In this document: one piece after another, positions 61,246-64,000 of the stretch
Numbering within the stretch: the first letter of the stretch is position 1
Layout of the letters: the number at the start of each line of letters is the position of its first letter
Assembly: GCA_050734135.1 (NCBI GenBank)
Contig: JBOHUG010000054.1
Span: 8,189-72,188 of the forward strand
From: Candidatus Dormibacteria bacterium
Lineage (GTDB): Bacteria; Chloroflexota; Dormibacteria; Aeolococcales; Bog-877
Direction of reading: 5' to 3'
Length of the DNA: 64,000 nt
Notes under the pieces: model-generated
The model's input: only the letters and a program-made list of their open reading frames with translations
The model's database searches: none
What the model was told of the DNA's origin: nothing
Made by a program: the position numbers and the translations under genes

Positions 61246-61881
61246 CGACTTCGAACTCTCGATGGGTCCGCAGCATTCGGCTCAGTTCAGGAGGTGGCTA
61301 ACGGTCAGAAGCAGCGCCGTTCGAACTCATGCCGGAGTTCTGACAGTGCAGCTTCCGGGCTGACCGGGAGTAGAACCCGGGCACCTCCCAGGGCACCGCG
61401 TTCCGGGCCAGATCTGGGCACCCTCGTCCGCGGTCGGTTCCAACCGGTTCACCTCGCCTCCCTCGGTGATTCCCAGGCCCGCCGCCGCCAGCTGCGCGCT
61501 CGCCTGAGCCAGAACCCAAAAACGACCTGACCGACTCCGCCGGCGCAGGTCCCAGACGGTCCGCCCGCTGTTGGCCCTCGCCGAGCTGCCCGGTGATGAA
61601 GGCTCCGGCTTTGTGCCAACATGCGAGCCATCTCCCGCGCCACGAACGATTCGTGGCTGGTCGCGACCAGATGGCAGGAGCTGTTCGGAAGAAGGGGAAC
61701 GGTGGCCGGTCCCTTCGCGGGGAGTCGTTGGACCTGGGCGCCAGGTCGCCGACCCCCTCGGCTCCCAGCTGCGACGGTCGTTGCTGGGCGAGGGAGAGAT
61801 TGGGCGCGCACCCCTCGGCGGCCACTCTCCGGGGTCGGCGATGCTCGTACCGGGCTAGCCCCTCGCAGCCCCAGTTCTAGG

Positions 61882-63537
61882 ATGCCAAAGCCGACCATGA
61901 CGACGATACTGGGCAGCGTGGAGCTTGCCGAACTAGATCTCAGCCGGGAGGGTAGACGGCCGCCGGACACCGATCCCGGACGGCTTGCCACCGATCCCGG
62001 CTGGCGGGACCTTGGACCGGCAGATCCCGATGAGGAGGCTGTGGTCACCATCGTGTTGCGGCCCCGGCCGGATACCGCATCCCCATCTCCCCAAGACCTG
62101 GGTCGGCTGAGCCCTCGGCTGCGAGCACATCTCTCCCGGGAACAGCTGGCGGACGTGCGCGGCGCCCACCCCGACGATGTGGAGGTCCTTCGCGACTGGA
62201 CCAGCGCGGTGGGAGTCGAATTGATCTCGGTCGCGGCCGATCGGAGGACCGTCGAGATTCGGGGCCCGCTGGAGCGTCTGGGCCAGATCTTCGGCGTCGA
62301 GCTCCGCCGCAGTTCCGGAGTCGCAGGGGAGCTCCGCGCGGCCCGTGGAGTCCCTCGGCTACCGGGCGAGCTCGGGGAACGGGTGGTGGCGGTTCTGGGA
62401 CTGGCGACGGTGCCGGTAGCCGCTACCCAGTTCCGACGCTTTCCGCTTCCCAAACCGGTCGGATCACTTGTCGAGGCGGCTCCGCTCAGCTACCTGCCGA
62501 CCCAGGTCGCTGAGTTGTACGGTTTTCCCGGGGACACCAGCGGCTCCGGGCAATGTGTCGGGCTGGTCGAGCTCGGGGGTGGGTACCGGAGCGACGATGT
62601 CACGAAATACTTCCAGGGACTCGACGTGCCGCCACCGGAACTCGTCGCGGTTCCCGTGGCGGGCGGAACCAACAGCCCCACCGGGGCTCAGGACGGGCCC
62701 GATGGCGAGGTGATGCTGGATATCGAGCTGGTCGGAGCAATGGCTCCTGCCGTGCGGCTGGCGGTCTACTTTGCTCCCAACACCGACCAGGGTTTCCTGG
62801 CCGCGGTCAACGCGGCCCTGCACGACGAGACCAACCGGCCGTCCGTGATCTCGATCAGCTGGGGCGGACCCGAGGCCAATTGGCCGGCGGCCACCATGAC
62901 CGCCTTCGATCAGGCCTTCCAGGACGCGGCCCTGCTCGGGGTGAGCGTCTGCGTGGCGGCGGGCGACAACGGTTCCAGCGACGGGTTGACTGACGGTGAG
63001 GCTCATGTTGACTTCCCCGCCTCTAGTCCGCACGTTCTCGCCTGCGGGGGAACTCGGCTCACGTCCAAAGTAGGCGTGATCCATTCGGAGGTGACCTGGA
63101 ACGATGGCGTTCAGGGTGGCACGACCGGCGGTGGCGTAAGCGCCGCCTTCCCGCTCCCGAGCTGGCAGGACAAAGCCCATGTCCCCGACTCCGCCGACCC
63201 TGGCCACAATCCGGGCCGTGGCCTCCCCGACGTCGCCGGAGATGCCGACCCCGAGACGGGATACCAGGTGTTCGTCGACGGTCAGCCGGCCGTTTTTGGG
63301 GGAACCAGCGCGGTCGCCCCGCTCTGGGCGGCGCTGCTGGTCCGCTGCGCCCAGGCTCTCGGCCACAGCCCAGGCTACCTGAACCCACTGCTTTACCAGA
63401 CGCTGGCCGAAGAGGGGGTGACCAGGGATATCACCAATGGCGACAACGGCGCCTATCACGCCGGAGTCGGCTGGGACCCCTGCACAGGGTGGGGCAGTCC
63501 GCATGGTGCGACTCTGCTGGCGGGACTCGAGGGCTAG
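61882..63537 (+). CDS. S53 family peptidase (sedolisin/kumamolisin-like) with N-terminal pro-domain
   Basis: Pro-kumamolisin activation domain followed by a subtilisin-like catalytic domain, with active-site region ...FGGTSAVAPLWAALL (Ser), Asp in ISISWGGPE and Glu. Start at the first ATG, MPKPTM. The upstream 87 codons of the ORF are non-homologous. Confidence 0.75.
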   Translation: MPKPTMTTILGSVELAELDLSREGRRPPDTDPGRLATDPGWRDLGPADPDEEAVVTIVLRPRPDTASPSPQDLGRLSPRLRAHLSREQLADVRGAHPDDVEVLRDWTSAVGVELISVAADRRTVEIRGPLERLGQIFGVELRRSSGVAGELRAARGVPRLPGELGERVVAVLGLATVPVAATQFRRFPLPKPVGSLVEAAPLSYLPTQVAELYGFPGDTSGSGQCVGLVELGGGYRSDDVTKYFQGLDVPPPELVAVPVAGGTNSPTGAQDGPDGEVMLDIELVGAMAPAVRLAVYFAPNTDQGFLAAVNAALHDETNRPSVISISWGGPEANWPAATMTAFDQAFQDAALLGVSVCVAAGDNGSSDGLTDGEAHVDFPASSPHVLACGGTRLTSKVGVIHSEVTWNDGVQGGTTGGGVSAAFPLPSWQDKAHVPDSADPGHNPGRGLPDVAGDADPETGYQVFVDGQPAVFGGTSAVAPLWAALLVRCAQALGHSPGYLNPLLYQTLAEEGVTRDITNGDNGAYHAGVGWDPCTGWGSPHGATLLAGLEG

Positions 63538-63562
63538 GGAGACCCGCAGTGCGGTTCTCAGC

Positions 63563-63931
63563 ATGAACTGGAGTGGAATCAAGACTTCCGAGTTCGAAGC
63601 CGGCGGTCGCTTCTTCACCGAGGTGATCGGTCTAGATATCACCTACCAGAGCGCCGGCTTCGCGGTGGTCCAACTCCCAGACGGTGACAGGCTCGAGATT
63701 TTCGGACCTGAAGCACCCGATCCGGAGCTCCAGTTCGGCCAGAACCCAGTCGTCGCCGGATTCTGGGTGGGGGACATCAACAGGGCCCGCACCGAGGTGG
63801 CAAAGAAGGGTGCGGAGTTGATCGGCACCATCCACGGTACCGAAGGCGAGTACCAGGGGCAGCACTTCCGCTCTCCCGACAGCAAGGGATTCGAACTCTG
63901 CTCGGACCGCAGGCGTCACCTCACCAGTTGA
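63563..63931 (+). CDS. VOC family protein (glyoxalase-like)
   Basis: 122 aa. Start at MNWSGIKTSEFEAGGRFFTEVIGLD. VOC fold pattern. Confidence 0.6.
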   Translation: MNWSGIKTSEFEAGGRFFTEVIGLDITYQSAGFAVVQLPDGDRLEIFGPEAPDPELQFGQNPVVAGFWVGDINRARTEVAKKGAELIGTIHGTEGEYQGQHFRSPDSKGFELCSDRRRHLTS

Positions 63932-64000
63932 GGGCATTGGCCGAGGGCGCAATAGTGGGGCTCCCGCGACCAGCATCCGAAAGCAGTAGTTGAGGAATCC

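Overview
This is a high-GC (about 70%), gene-dense window with an actinobacterial-type gene order. It has no rRNA, tRNA, CRISPR arrays or mobile elements, and most antisense ORFs are GC-driven shadow frames. The gene content falls into eight blocks.

1. 1-6.2 kb: an SDR, a TetR regulator divergent from a DrrAB-like ABC-2 exporter, a GNAT, pdxH and asd.
2. 6.4-11.4 kb: aspartate-family biosynthesis, thrC, thrB, lysC and a second thrC paralog. Both ThrC proteins carry N-terminal Cys4 zinc ribbons.
3. 12.3-29.8 kb: a roughly 17 kb nitrogen-compound catabolic island.
   - An Lrp regulator next to a class-II (Ntn) glutamine amidotransferase and a GlnA-family gamma-glutamyl ligase.
   - An operon of cupin, SDR, class-IV aminotransferase, CMD/AhpD-like protein, APC permease and amidohydrolase.
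   - Convergent formamidase, prolyl aminopeptidase and APC permease.
   - A module of ureohydrolase, NCS1 permease, DUF1989 (carboxyguanidine-deiminase-like) and a second ureohydrolase, followed by a GntR regulator. I propose this as a candidate guanidino-compound utilisation locus.
4. 29.9-39.4 kb: the superoperon ilvB, ilvN, ilvC, leuA (short form), leuB, cimA, leuC, leuD on the minus strand.
   - Neighbouring genes have overlapping stop/start codons.
   - Upstream there is a candidate attenuator, a 13-codon Val/Leu/Ile-rich leader peptide followed by a GC hairpin and T7 terminator, and a 63-aa acidic small ORF with a strong SD.
5. 40-43 kb: a secreted protein with three tandem repeats, an unusual 650-bp non-coding segment with an AT-rich island, and an ArsR-type regulator with a long N-terminal domain.
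6. 43-47 kb: ilvD, pheA (no canonical start codon) and a GT87 glycosyltransferase.
7. 48-52 kb: sulfate assimilation, cysD and cysN, a divergent APS/PAPS reductase, and a decayed cysA relic with in-frame TGA and TAG codons and a deleted 5' end.
8. 52-64 kb: a polar amino-acid ABC transporter, two VOC proteins, a degenerate dynamin-like GTPase without a P-loop, a histidine phosphatase, a BASS transporter, an aldo/keto reductase, an M55 peptidase and an S53 sedolisin.

Three genes (a P-loop kinase, GT87 and the BASS transporter) are split by single-base frameshifts that all sit at homopolymer runs. This points to assembly indel errors rather than real pseudogenes, unlike the cysA relic.
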